A DNA stretch of 54,089 nucleotides from Candidatus Hydrogenedentota bacterium (lineage in GTDB: Bacteria; Hydrogenedentota; Hydrogenedentia; Hydrogenedentales; SLHB01). Position numbers and translations under genes: made by a program. Below are positions 27,265 through 36,840 of this stretch, piece by piece (the first letter of the stretch is position 1; every line of letters begins with the position of its first letter). The notes beneath the pieces were generated by a model, which did no database searches, had not been told where the DNA came from, and was given only the letters and a program-made list of their open reading frames with translations. The stretch is taken from contig BTWA01000019.1 in NCBI GenBank assembly GCA_045863295.1, positions 36,089 through 90,177 on the forward strand. Direction: 5' to 3'.

Positions 27265-30116
27265 TTGTCTTCCTCCGCAATGCGCCGGAAATAGGCACTG
27301 ATTAGGCCACGGTATTCTTCCACATAGCGCTCGCCTTCCGGCATATCCACGACGAAGTCGTCGTCCTTTTCGTAGGCGGCTTCTTCCAGATTACCGGAAA
27401 GTGGATCGGAGCCGCTGTCCAGGGGGGCGTCGCGATTCATGCGCCGTCCGCCGGCGGATTGCTCTCGGGGCTTGGGATTGCCGAAGGCCTGATTGCCATA
27501 AACATCGAAGGGAGTCGAGCCTCCCATCGTACCGCCTTGGCCGCCGGCTCCCATCCCCATTCCGTTTCCGTTACCTTTGCCAAACTTCTTTCCCAGACTT
27601 TTCCCGAATTGACTAAAGGTTTTGCCCATGCCGTTGTTCGTCATGATATTCAGCCGCAGTTCGCACTGGCTTTGTCCCTGGCCGGCGGACTCACAGACCT
27701 TGATCATGGCCTTCATTTCGTCGCGCGCGTGCGCCGCTTGTTCATGCCCGCTCTTGGCGTTGCCTTCACCCAGTCCGCCGGTTGCGCCGTCCATGGTGGG
27801 TTCGATCGCGCGGGAATCGATTTCGTCCGCGATGTTGCGTGCGTCTTGCGCGACCTTGGGGTAGTTCTTTTCCACGGCCTTTGCATTTTCGCGAAAGGCT
27901 TCTTTTAGCGTCGAGAGTTCCTGCCGGATGCCTGCTTGCTGATCCGCCAATTCCTGAAGCCTTGCCGCCTGATCGGCCGTGGGTGTCTTTTGCTGCTGAT
28001 AGAAACGGGCCTGGCGCTCGAGGTTATCCTGCATTTCATAGAGATACTTGAACTGTTCGACGTTTTCCATCAGGTGGTACACATCGGCCATGTCCTTGTT
28101 GGCTTCTTGAATCTGCTGCCGTGCGGCCTCGGTTCGGCCCAGTTGTTCCAAGGCTTCGCGTTGCTTTGTGTTGGCGGCGCTCATGCTGCTTTGTCCGGGA
28201 CTGGACGAGGGTGACTGCTGGGCCTTCTCCATTTCGCCGGCGCTTTGTTCCATGCTCTGCTGGGCGGCGGCCACTTGTTTTGCCATTTCCTTCATGGCTT
28301 CCTGATAGCTCTTCTCGACATCAAATACGCCGTCTTTTTCCGCTTCCGAAGCGATTTCTTCCGCGAGCGCCTTGGCTTCCTCGGCGAGCGCGGCCTGTTC
28401 CTGTTGTGCTTGCGCTAGCGCTTTCTGATCGGCGGGACTGAGAGTGCCTTGTTCTTTCAACTGTTTCAGCATTTGGCTGATTTGTTCTTCCAGTTCCTGC
28501 TGGGAACTCGCGAGCGCATCGATCTTCTCAAACACACTGTCGTATTTCTGAGCCAGATCATCCGCGGTCATTTCTTCCTGCATGAACGAGCGAAACTCTT
28601 CTTCGCTGATAATCTGGAGGCGATGCACGGCCGTCGTAGCGGATTGAGCAGCCTTTGGAAATGTGTCCGTGGCGGTCGCATAGAACTCGATGACATCGCC
28701 GGGGCGCACTCCCAGATCCTTCATGTTCAGCATTTCGACGGTATTGACATATACCTGGCTTTCCTCATGGCCGAAGAGGTCCTTTCGCAGATCAAGCGAG
28801 GCATTCAAATTGCGCACCAGGCTCACGGAATTCACGCCGAGATCGTCAGAGACTTCGATGACAATCGGCACCTCGGCTTCGACACTGGCGAACGACTGGC
28901 GGCCCGGGGAGGTAATCTCAATGACCGGTTTCTCGTCGGGTTGGATTGCCACGGTGCCTGTCAGTTTGTCGTGACTCACCAGGCCTTCCACGTCTTTCAG
29001 TTCGGCGGTAAAGGTGCCTGTATTCTCGATAGTCAGATTCGCGAGCGCGGTATGGACGTCATCCGGTTTGGGTTGGAAGTTGAAATGATTACCTGCCACA
29101 TCCCACGTGCCTCCGCTCAAAGGCCGATTGGAAACGAGCTCCAATTGAACGTTGGTACCCTCATAGGCCTTGATCTCGGCGGGGCTTGCGATTTGCCTCG
29201 TTTTGGCGGGCAATTTCGTGTAGGCGGGGTACTCGTAGGTGATCATGGCCGCACCAATTCTGGGGGCCTTGTCCAAGGCGAGTGTAAACCGATTGCTCCG
29301 CCCGCGGTGTATAGACGCATGATAGACCAGTTCGTGTTGCACATTTTCGACCGTTTGGAACCAAGTCCCATCGCCCTTGTCAATCATTGGAAGCTCTCCA
29401 ACGGCCTTACCGTCCAAGTCTTCCAATTTCAGGACTACCGCGTCGGGTTTCTTGCCCGCGACCGAAGCCGACACCACCACATCCTCGCCATACTGTACGG
29501 TTACCGCGCCTGGGGTCATGGACAACACGGTTGGGCTATAGGGCACGTGATCGCCGAAGGGATCGGCGAAGCGCACCAGAACCGTAGAGAACATTCTAGG
29601 AAAAAGACTTGCAAACACTCCGGTTACTACCACGAGTGCCAACAGAATCACGGCTTCGGACTTGATGGCGGGCGCCGGCAGGGTGAGCCCACGATGCAAC
29701 CGGCCGACCTTTTCCGTAGCCACGGCGATCTCTTGCTGCATCAGGTCGGGGCTGAAACGATGGGGGAGGGCCGCCTGCAGCCGTTCGTCAAAATCGATGG
29801 CGTTGATCAAATCATTGTGAAGTTCCGGATGACTCTCTTCGACGAGGCGGGCAACCATGCGGCGTTGCGACGCGGCGCGTATGTACCGGTAGACGGGTAC
29901 GGAGCCTGCGATCAGAAGTGTCACAGCCGATACGATTACGAGTGCAAGCCGCGCGTGCGGATTTAACTGAAGCAGGACATCGGCGTAGACGAGCGTCAAC
30001 GCGCACGCGACCGCCACCCACAAGAACCGAACCGCGCCCAGCTTCCAGCCTTGCCGACGGTGCAGCCGCTGGAATCGGTCCACTGCCTGGTGCAGTGTCC
30101 AAACTTCGGAGGTCAT
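27261..30116 (-). CDS. Large membrane-anchored coiled-coil protein (DUF4175-like)
   Basis: N-terminal TMs, YEYPAYTKLP, D-KP, DDLGV, long Gln/Glu-rich coiled coil, C-terminal EYRGLISAYFRRI. ATG at 30116 follows GGAGGA. Confidence 0.72.
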   Translation of the reverse strand: MTSEVWTLHQAVDRFQRLHRRQGWKLGAVRFLWVAVACALTLVYADVLLQLNPHARLALVIVSAVTLLIAGSVPVYRYIRAASQRRMVARLVEESHPELHNDLINAIDFDERLQAALPHRFSPDLMQQEIAVATEKVGRLHRGLTLPAPAIKSEAVILLALVVVTGVFASLFPRMFSTVLVRFADPFGDHVPYSPTVLSMTPGAVTVQYGEDVVVSASVAGKKPDAVVLKLEDLDGKAVGELPMIDKGDGTWFQTVENVQHELVYHASIHRGRSNRFTLALDKAPRIGAAMITYEYPAYTKLPAKTRQIASPAEIKAYEGTNVQLELVSNRPLSGGTWDVAGNHFNFQPKPDDVHTALANLTIENTGTFTAELKDVEGLVSHDKLTGTVAIQPDEKPVIEITSPGRQSFASVEAEVPIVIEVSDDLGVNSVSLVRNLNASLDLRKDLFGHEESQVYVNTVEMLNMKDLGVRPGDVIEFYATATDTFPKAAQSATTAVHRLQIISEEEFRSFMQEEMTADDLAQKYDSVFEKIDALASSQQELEEQISQMLKQLKEQGTLSPADQKALAQAQQEQAALAEEAKALAEEIASEAEKDGVFDVEKSYQEAMKEMAKQVAAAQQSMEQSAGEMEKAQQSPSSSPGQSSMSAANTKQREALEQLGRTEAARQQIQEANKDMADVYHLMENVEQFKYLYEMQDNLERQARFYQQQKTPTADQAARLQELADQQAGIRQELSTLKEAFRENAKAVEKNYPKVAQDARNIADEIDSRAIEPTMDGATGGLGEGNAKSGHEQAAHARDEMKAMIKVCESAGQGQSQCELRLNIMTNNGMGKTFSQFGKSLGKKFGKGNGNGMGMGAGGQGGTMGGSTPFDVYGNQAFGNPKPREQSAGGRRMNRDAPLDSGSDPLSGNLEEAAYEKDDDFVVDMPEGERYVEEYRGLISAYFRRIAEEDK

Positions 30117-30166
30117 AGGGGGAATTCCTCCACAGTCAATGTCCGTTTGTTCCAAGCATTACTCTA

Positions 30167-32401
30167 TCACACCAGACCGCTTCTGCGGCGAACGAACCAC
30201 TCCAGCGCGAGAAACGCCAAAATTGCGCTGAACACGGTGAGGGTGTCCCATACGTCTTCCGGTTTGGCTTTTTCGCGGGTAAGTTGCTCGTAGTCCTTGA
30301 CTTTCCCCGCCAAATCCTGGAGCTGCTCCAAAGACAGGCATTCTCCGCCGGTGATGGAAGCGATTTGCCGCATCGTGTCTTCATCGGCGGCGACAAACCG
30401 TTTCTCCACCGAGTCCGAGTACACGGTGAACCGTATGCGCTCGGTACGCTCTTCGCCCGCCGAATAGGTGAGTATCGCTTCGTATTCCCCTTCTTCTTCG
30501 GGTGTGGTTGTCGCGGTGAGCAGTCCGGCTTCTCCTTCCGAGAGCGACGGCGTCAGGTGGCTGGTGGCGCCGCTGGGAGAGCGGATTTCTATGGCAGGCT
30601 GGAACGCGTTGTCATCGACAAATTTTGTTCGCACAGTGAACCGCGTCTGTTCACCCAGGTTGTACGCGTACTGGTCTGACCGAAACGAAATTTCTTGTCC
30701 TGGCAGGAAATCCGATTCCGAAATCAGCCACCGGATCATCTGTGTCCAGAAACGTGCGAAGACTTCGTCATACTCGGCGAGGTTGGGCGGCATGAACGAC
30801 CATCGCCACAGCCCTGATCCACCGATACTCATGACTTTCCCTTTGCCATACCGCTGGTAGGCCACAGTGGCGATTTCGGATCCGGCTTCGCCCGTGGGCG
30901 TACGCGCCAGTACGACTGCCAGCGATTTTTCCTGCTGCACCCGCGCGATACTCAGCATCTCCGGCAATTCGCGCAGCACCACATCTGCCGGAGTCTGTTC
31001 GCCGAGAGAAAAGATGGGACTGACGCGGCCTTCCGACGTCAGTTCAAATCGAAGGCCCTTCAGCACGTCATCGTCCCAGACGACGGGCGCGAGTGTGGCG
31101 AAGACTTCGTTGTCTTCGGCGAACGACCGGCCTCTCGCCAGCACAATGCTTCCGCCGCGATCGGAGACATAGTCCTTCAAGACGGGCATAAGTTCCGCGC
31201 TGAAGAGCGTGTCGGCCTGTTGACCGAGGATGATGCAGTCGTATTCAAAGAGTTCATCGCGCGTTTGGGGCATGGTTACAGTATCCACCGTGGCCTTGAC
31301 TAGCGGATCATCGGTTGCTTTTTCGGCCACGGTAAAAACTTTTTCATCGGTTACGCGAAAGATGGAAGTCACCTGCACGTAGGGGTCGCGCTGCAACACC
31401 CGCAACAGAAACTTGCTGTCCCACCCGGGCCGGGCTTCCAGGAAGAGAATCTTACTTTTTTCGTCGACCACCCGTGCGAACAGCGTGCGCCGATTATTGG
31501 TTTCGTCGTTTTCACCGTTCAGGGGCTCCAGTTCGACGGCATACCGGACCATCCCTTTTTGGGCTTCCTCCAGCGGAAATTCGATGGTCACACCGCCGCC
31601 CGAGAGCATTTCCTGGCGGGTTTCGACATACTCGTCTTCGCGATACAAGTTGACTTTGGCGTACCAGCCATCAAATCCGGTTTGAGCGATCCGCACGCGC
31701 AGCTTTCCGGGCTGGTCGACGTACAGGAAGTTTTGCGCCAGGCGCGCCGTGAGGTAGGCATCCTTTACCTCGGTTGCCGTGCCCACCGGCACGGTCCAGA
31801 CCGGCACTTGGAGGGTCTTCAAATACCGGGCTGCTTGAAGGACAGCGCCCCCTGCATTCTCTCTGCCGTCAGAAATCAGCAGAATTCCGCCCAGTTTGCG
31901 CTTTTCGGTTGGCGCGCCGGTGCTCGTAAGTGCGGCGCCTATGTCGGTCATCCGCTCATTCGCGCTCGATTCTTCGATAATCTGAAAGAGCGAACTCGGG
32001 TTAAGGTCGTCTCCGAACGTGTAGTATTGGACGTTGTACCTCTCCGCCAGATCATCAGTGAAAAGCGAGCGCGCCGACGACATCGCGTGTTTGACCGAGT
32101 TCAGTCTCGAGCCCTCTTCCGCATCCTCGGTGTTCATGCTCTCCGAAACATCAATTACTACGGAAAAGTCCGGACGCTGGCCATCGTCAGGCGCGGGCAA
32201 ATCCTTCATCGGCCTCAACAGGATTCCGACAATCGCAGTGACCGCGGCAAGCCGCATGCCGAGTAACACGTACCGGCGCGTACGGGACATCTGCACCGAA
32301 GATCGCACATAGGAAATCACCACGGCCGTGGCAATGAGCACACCCAAACCGATAATGGCGGCGGCGGGAAACGGAGGATCAAAGTAGATTCCTTCAAGCA
32401 T
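30167..32401 (-). CDS. VWA domain / glutamine-amidotransferase-like membrane protein
   Basis: MIDAS DVSES...TD...SDG; YGKGKV...LWRW; FWTQMIRWL; C-terminal EWFVRRRSGL. Confidence 0.82.
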   Translation of the reverse strand: MLEGIYFDPPFPAAAIIGLGVLIATAVVISYVRSSVQMSRTRRYVLLGMRLAAVTAIVGILLRPMKDLPAPDDGQRPDFSVVIDVSESMNTEDAEEGSRLNSVKHAMSSARSLFTDDLAERYNVQYYTFGDDLNPSSLFQIIEESSANERMTDIGAALTSTGAPTEKRKLGGILLISDGRENAGGAVLQAARYLKTLQVPVWTVPVGTATEVKDAYLTARLAQNFLYVDQPGKLRVRIAQTGFDGWYAKVNLYREDEYVETRQEMLSGGGVTIEFPLEEAQKGMVRYAVELEPLNGENDETNNRRTLFARVVDEKSKILFLEARPGWDSKFLLRVLQRDPYVQVTSIFRVTDEKVFTVAEKATDDPLVKATVDTVTMPQTRDELFEYDCIILGQQADTLFSAELMPVLKDYVSDRGGSIVLARGRSFAEDNEVFATLAPVVWDDDVLKGLRFELTSEGRVSPIFSLGEQTPADVVLRELPEMLSIARVQQEKSLAVVLARTPTGEAGSEIATVAYQRYGKGKVMSIGGSGLWRWSFMPPNLAEYDEVFARFWTQMIRWLISESDFLPGQEISFRSDQYAYNLGEQTRFTVRTKFVDDNAFQPAIEIRSPSGATSHLTPSLSEGEAGLLTATTTPEEEGEYEAILTYSAGEERTERIRFTVYSDSVEKRFVAADEDTMRQIASITGGECLSLEQLQDLAGKVKDYEQLTREKAKPEDVWDTLTVFSAILAFLALEWFVRRRSGLV

Positions 32402-32404
32402 GAC

Positions 32405-34546
32405 TTACCGCCTCAGCAGGATTAGAATGCCCTGCTCCAGTGCGATTGCCAGCATGGCCCCGAGCAGCAGGTAGTGCCAGAGCGGGCGGCCTTGCGTGAA
32501 GTCGCGTAGCGAGGCGAGGCCAGTATCCATCGCCGCGAACATGCGATCCTTGGCCAGGCGCGACAGTTGCTCCAATTGTTCCACGGTAAGGCACTCGAGG
32601 TTGCTCTCGCGATTGTCCAGGTTTACGGCTATCGACCCCGTTTGGGAATCGTCGGCATGCACGCGGTAGAAGCCGGTGGTTGCAGTCAGAGGGAAGATTA
32701 CCGATGCTTCCTCGCCGGTGCGTTCAAAACCTGCGTTTACCAGTTGGCCCGTGGGATCCGTAAACTGAATCTCCTTGGCCGTGGACGAAAGCCGGACCGT
32801 GGTGGAAGCCGCCTCCCCCACGAGAAACGAACGGGCGGCGCCCTCGGATGCCCGGGCGCCCTTCATCATTTCGTGCAACAACGGAACAAACAGAGCCCGT
32901 TTCGCCAAGTCGCTGAATTCCAAACCCGGCGAGAAATTGCAGAGAAGCACCATACCCGTGCCCAATGAGGCCCGCGCCATGGCGACTCCACCGTCGCCGA
33001 AGCGCATCAACGTTGAAGTGGCCGATGCGGGGTCGGTGACGAAATGCTGATAGACTTGGATATTGATGAGTTCGCCGGAATCGCGGAACTTGCGTAGCAT
33101 GGGATCGTCGAAGTTGGCGCCGCCAATGCTGGCGTAGGTGGCATCGGACCCGGTACGGTAGTCGCGCAAGTCTGCCATGGCAAAAGGCATTCGAAACGTG
33201 CCGTTGGAGGCCGCTTGCAACGTTTCCAGCGTTTGTTTATCGGACGATTCTGACAGAAAATAAATCAACGCTCCGCCGCCCGACACATATTGCAGCAAGT
33301 GCTCCGCGTCCTTTGAACCGAAGGCGGGCGCACGATCAAGAATCAAGACTTGCGGATGTTCAGCGGCGAGGCTCGCGAGAGCGGAACGGTCGTAATAACG
33401 GGCGAAAAAGGCACCGGATATGCCAGCGGACGAGGCGTTTGCGCCCGCTTCCGCAAACGGGTCTATCGCACGCATCAGGAACCGAGTACTGCCGTCCCGG
33501 TCCGTGGGTGGCACTTGGCTCATCACGGCTACGTGCAATCGATCGGTCACGTTCACGGTGAAGAGGCGTTTGTCGTCGGCCTTCAATCCGTGATCCGGTA
33601 TGGTGGCGGTACCTTCAAAATTCCCGCTCTTCGGGACCCGCACACGAAAAGTGGCGGACGCGGAGAAGTTTGGATTCAGCGAAATGGTTTCTTCGAGGTT
33701 CGTCTCCGCGCCAAACGCCAATTGGACGGGCACTTCCTGGGGAGAGCCCGTGAAATTCGATACACGGCAGGTAATCTCCATTTCCTCGGTCGCCGCAGGT
33801 ATCGGCGGATAAACGCTGATTTCCGTGATAGCAATATTTTCGGGCATCTCCGGGGATGCGGGAACGAATACCACGTTCACGGTGGAAGGCACGGGTTCAA
33901 AATTGACGGCGCCCCAATTCGTGCGTTGAAAGTCGGATACCAGGTGGATTTCTTTTAGAGGTGCGGAGCTAAGCGACAACTGGCGGACAGCCTCCGCCAG
34001 CGCGGCATCCAGGTTGGCGCGCTCCTGCGTCGGCTTGGCTTCCGCAATGTCGCGCTTCAGGTGGAACCGGTTGTCCGAAGGTTCGTCCAACGAGGCTGCG
34101 GGCTGCGCGCGCGCGAAAATGACATTGGCAGCGTCGCCTGGCCGCAAGGTGTCGATGATGTTTTCCGCCGCCGTGCGTGCGCGAGCCATGGGCGAAAATC
34201 CTTCTCCGCTGTATGCCATGCTTGCGGAACAATCGAGCACGATAATGGCGGCGCGCTGGCCTTCGTTGCCGCCGGCGGCCACCAGCGATCTCGGTTGGAA
34301 GACGGGTTTCAAGAATGCGAACAATAACAGCGCCACGAAGGCCGTACGTACAAGCAGCAGCAACACGTGCCGGAGCTTGAACAGGGTAGATTGGCTCGCC
34401 TCCGCTTTTCGCACAAACCGGATGGTTGGAAAGACGATGCGGCGCGGCGTCTTTCTTGTCAGCAAATGCACGACATACGGCACAAACAGCGCCAAGCCGC
34501 CCGCGATGACGGCGGTGTTTGTCAATGCAATGCCGAACAGGTTCAT
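32405..34546 (-). CDS. BatA N-terminal domain + VWA protein
   Basis: PYVVHLL...FPTIRFV...LLLLVR...AFLKP (BatA N-terminus); DCSASM; VSDFQ; C-terminal LWHYLL TM. Confidence 0.85.
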   Translation of the reverse strand: MNLFGIALTNTAVIAGGLALFVPYVVHLLTRKTPRRIVFPTIRFVRKAEASQSTLFKLRHVLLLLVRTAFVALLLFAFLKPVFQPRSLVAAGGNEGQRAAIIVLDCSASMAYSGEGFSPMARARTAAENIIDTLRPGDAANVIFARAQPAASLDEPSDNRFHLKRDIAEAKPTQERANLDAALAEAVRQLSLSSAPLKEIHLVSDFQRTNWGAVNFEPVPSTVNVVFVPASPEMPENIAITEISVYPPIPAATEEMEITCRVSNFTGSPQEVPVQLAFGAETNLEETISLNPNFSASATFRVRVPKSGNFEGTATIPDHGLKADDKRLFTVNVTDRLHVAVMSQVPPTDRDGSTRFLMRAIDPFAEAGANASSAGISGAFFARYYDRSALASLAAEHPQVLILDRAPAFGSKDAEHLLQYVSGGGALIYFLSESSDKQTLETLQAASNGTFRMPFAMADLRDYRTGSDATYASIGGANFDDPMLRKFRDSGELINIQVYQHFVTDPASATSTLMRFGDGGVAMARASLGTGMVLLCNFSPGLEFSDLAKRALFVPLLHEMMKGARASEGAARSFLVGEAASTTVRLSSTAKEIQFTDPTGQLVNAGFERTGEEASVIFPLTATTGFYRVHADDSQTGSIAVNLDNRESNLECLTVEQLEQLSRLAKDRMFAAMDTGLASLRDFTQGRPLWHYLLLGAMLAIALEQGILILLRR

Positions 34547-34547
34547 G

Positions 34548-35495
34548 TTACACGGCGCTCCTGTACATCAGGTACTTCTGCATGGCCGCATGATAGGGCG
34601 TTTCTGTATTGAGAAAGTTGTATTCCATATTCCGCGCGCGCGCCATGGATCGCATGGTATCCACGAAAGATTTCATTTCCGCCGCGTATGCCGCCTGAAT
34701 CTCTTTCGGGCTGGCCGTGATGGACTGTCCATCTTCGGCATCGACAAAATGAATGCTGTCCAACGGCGGCAATTCGAACTCATGGGCATGCAGCACATGA
34801 AACAGGATGACTTCGAAACGTCGATGCCGGTACATGTTTAAGGCACGAAAGACCTCGGCCGGATCGTCGATGAAATCGGAAATGACGATTAACAAACCCC
34901 GGCGCTTGAACATTGGGAACATGTCCCGAAGCGCTTTTGAAATGGACGTCTTTCGCCCCGGGCGCAGCTTTTCGAGCAGCGTCAGCACTTTGTAGAGGTG
35001 GCCGAAGGTGCCTCCTGGCGGGATGTGCGCACTTACCCGGTCGTCAAAGACGGTCATGCCAACGCGATCTCCCTGCTTCACCATGCAGAATGTAAGCGCC
35101 GCCGCGAGGTAACACGCGTATTCCAGCTTGGATACCCCTGGATTTGGGAGTATGTTTTTGAACGCCGGACCGCCGTATGCCATCGATGCGCTGCGATCGA
35201 CCAGCAGGTACGTGTTCATATCGGTTTCGGTCTGAAACAACTTGATGAAGAAGCGGTCTGTGCGGGCGTATGCCTTCCAGTCAATGGTGCGCATCTCGTC
35301 GCCCGGAAAGTATTGACGGTAATCGATGAATTCGGATGCCGACCCCTTGTACGGCGACTTGTGCCTGCCGCTGAATGCCCCTTCCACAATGATCCGCGCG
35401 GCGAACAGCAGATTCTTGAACTTGCGCAGATCCGCTGGCGAGAGATACTTCCATGTCTTTTCACCCACGGGCAGTTTTGGGGGCTTCGTCAGCAC
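34548..35495 (-). CDS. DUF58 domain protein
   Basis: GRHKSPYKGSASEFIDYRQYFPGDEMRTIDWKAYARTD; DRSASM; ISDF. GTG start at 35495, 2 nt after the moxR stop. Confidence 0.92.
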   Translation of the reverse strand: MLTKPPKLPVGEKTWKYLSPADLRKFKNLLFAARIIVEGAFSGRHKSPYKGSASEFIDYRQYFPGDEMRTIDWKAYARTDRFFIKLFQTETDMNTYLLVDRSASMAYGGPAFKNILPNPGVSKLEYACYLAAALTFCMVKQGDRVGMTVFDDRVSAHIPPGGTFGHLYKVLTLLEKLRPGRKTSISKALRDMFPMFKRRGLLIVISDFIDDPAEVFRALNMYRHRRFEVILFHVLHAHEFELPPLDSIHFVDAEDGQSITASPKEIQAAYAAEMKSFVDTMRSMARARNMEYNFLNTETPYHAAMQKYLMYRSAV

Positions 35496-35497
35496 GG

Positions 35498-36529
35498 CTA
35501 CTTCCTTTTGTAATCCGGTTCCTTCACTTGTTTGATCAGATGTTGCACGATCATCGCGGAGGTGATGCCTTCGCCGGTGGCCGTGTAGTTTGGAATGATT
35601 CGGTGCCTCAATACGGGCATGGCCACGGCGCGCACTTCTTCGGTCGACGGCGCCGGCTTGCCCAGCATCAGGGCCAGGGCTTTCGCGCCCAGAATCAGGT
35701 ACTGCGATGCGCGTGGACCGGCACCCCATTCGACGTATTCTTTCACGTATGGGTCTACGCCTGCCTCGCCAATGCGCGTGGCCCTGGCAAGGTCAACCGC
35801 GTATTCCGTCACATGCTGCGACACCGGCACTCTCCGTACCAAGGCCTGAAACTTCAAAATCTCGTCCTTTGTAAACACCGCATCCAAGGGAGGGAAATCC
35901 ACCGTGGTGGTGTCGGACACAATTTTCACTTCCTCCTCGCGGCGCGGATATCCGATGGTGATACTGAACATGAACCGGTCCAACTGCGCTTCCGGGAGGG
36001 GGTATGTGCCTTCGTGCTCAATGGGGTTTTGCGTTGCCAGCACGAAGAACGGCTTATCGAGCGGGTAGGTCGTACCGGCTGCCGTAACTGTATATTCCTG
36101 CATGGCTTCCAGGAGTGCAGCCTGTGTTTTTGGGGGAGTTCGATTGATTTCGTCGGCCAGGACCAGATTGGTGAAAATGGGACCCTTTACAAACCGCATC
36201 AGCCTTTCGCCGGTTGAAGGGTCCATCTGCAGGATTTCGGTGCCAGTAATGTCCGACGGCATCAGATCGGGCGTGAACTGGATACGTTTGAAATCCCATC
36301 CCAAAGACTGGGCTAAAGTCTTTACCATCAAGGTCTTGGCCAACCCGGGAACGCCGATCAGCAGGCCATGTCCTCGTGCGAACAAGACCGTCAGTACTTC
36401 CGCGATGATTCGGTCCTGCCCCACGATTACCTTGTGGATTTCGTTCCACAATCGCTTATATTTTTGGGTGAATTCAGCGGCTAATTCGATATCGGCCCCG
36501 GCCAGGTTTTCCACAGGCTGTGTTGACAT
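35498..36529 (-). CDS. MoxR family AAA+ ATPase
   Basis: GVPGLAKT, RIQFTPDLMPSDITG, LADEINRTPPKTQAALLEAMQE, TQNPIEHEGTYPLPEAQLDRF, WGAGPRA. Confidence 0.95.
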   Translation of the reverse strand: MSTQPVENLAGADIELAAEFTQKYKRLWNEIHKVIVGQDRIIAEVLTVLFARGHGLLIGVPGLAKTLMVKTLAQSLGWDFKRIQFTPDLMPSDITGTEILQMDPSTGERLMRFVKGPIFTNLVLADEINRTPPKTQAALLEAMQEYTVTAAGTTYPLDKPFFVLATQNPIEHEGTYPLPEAQLDRFMFSITIGYPRREEEVKIVSDTTTVDFPPLDAVFTKDEILKFQALVRRVPVSQHVTEYAVDLARATRIGEAGVDPYVKEYVEWGAGPRASQYLILGAKALALMLGKPAPSTEEVRAVAMPVLRHRIIPNYTATGEGITSAMIVQHLIKQVKEPDYKRK

Positions 36530-36840
36530 GCCCATTCCTTCTTGGCTGGAAAACGCCCAAGCAGCGCCGTCAAGCGTTTTCGGATTGCATCGTGGCGCCG
36601 TGCATCTCGTTTGCGAACGGCGCCTTGCCTCGATTCATTCTCGTGAATTACGGCTGTAATTGCAATTGACAAATTCGTCTATTCAAATAGGCAGATAGCA
36701 ATACAATGCGGTACGCATATGACCGCGCGGCAAATAACGGATCATCCCAAGGGGACACTTGGGATTGCCAACGAACCTGCACACGACCGCCAACACCTTT
36801 ATAGACTCCGCTCGAATGCGTTTGGCAAACGAAACGTGAT

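Noticed and set aside
28449..29966. 505-aa + strand ORF
   Set aside because: Antisense shadow of the coiled-coil gene inside a minus-strand operon.
35496..35729. N-terminal extension of the DUF58 ORF in the track
   Set aside because: Overlaps moxR. A GTG at 35495 with upstream AAGGAAG gives a normal-length protein.
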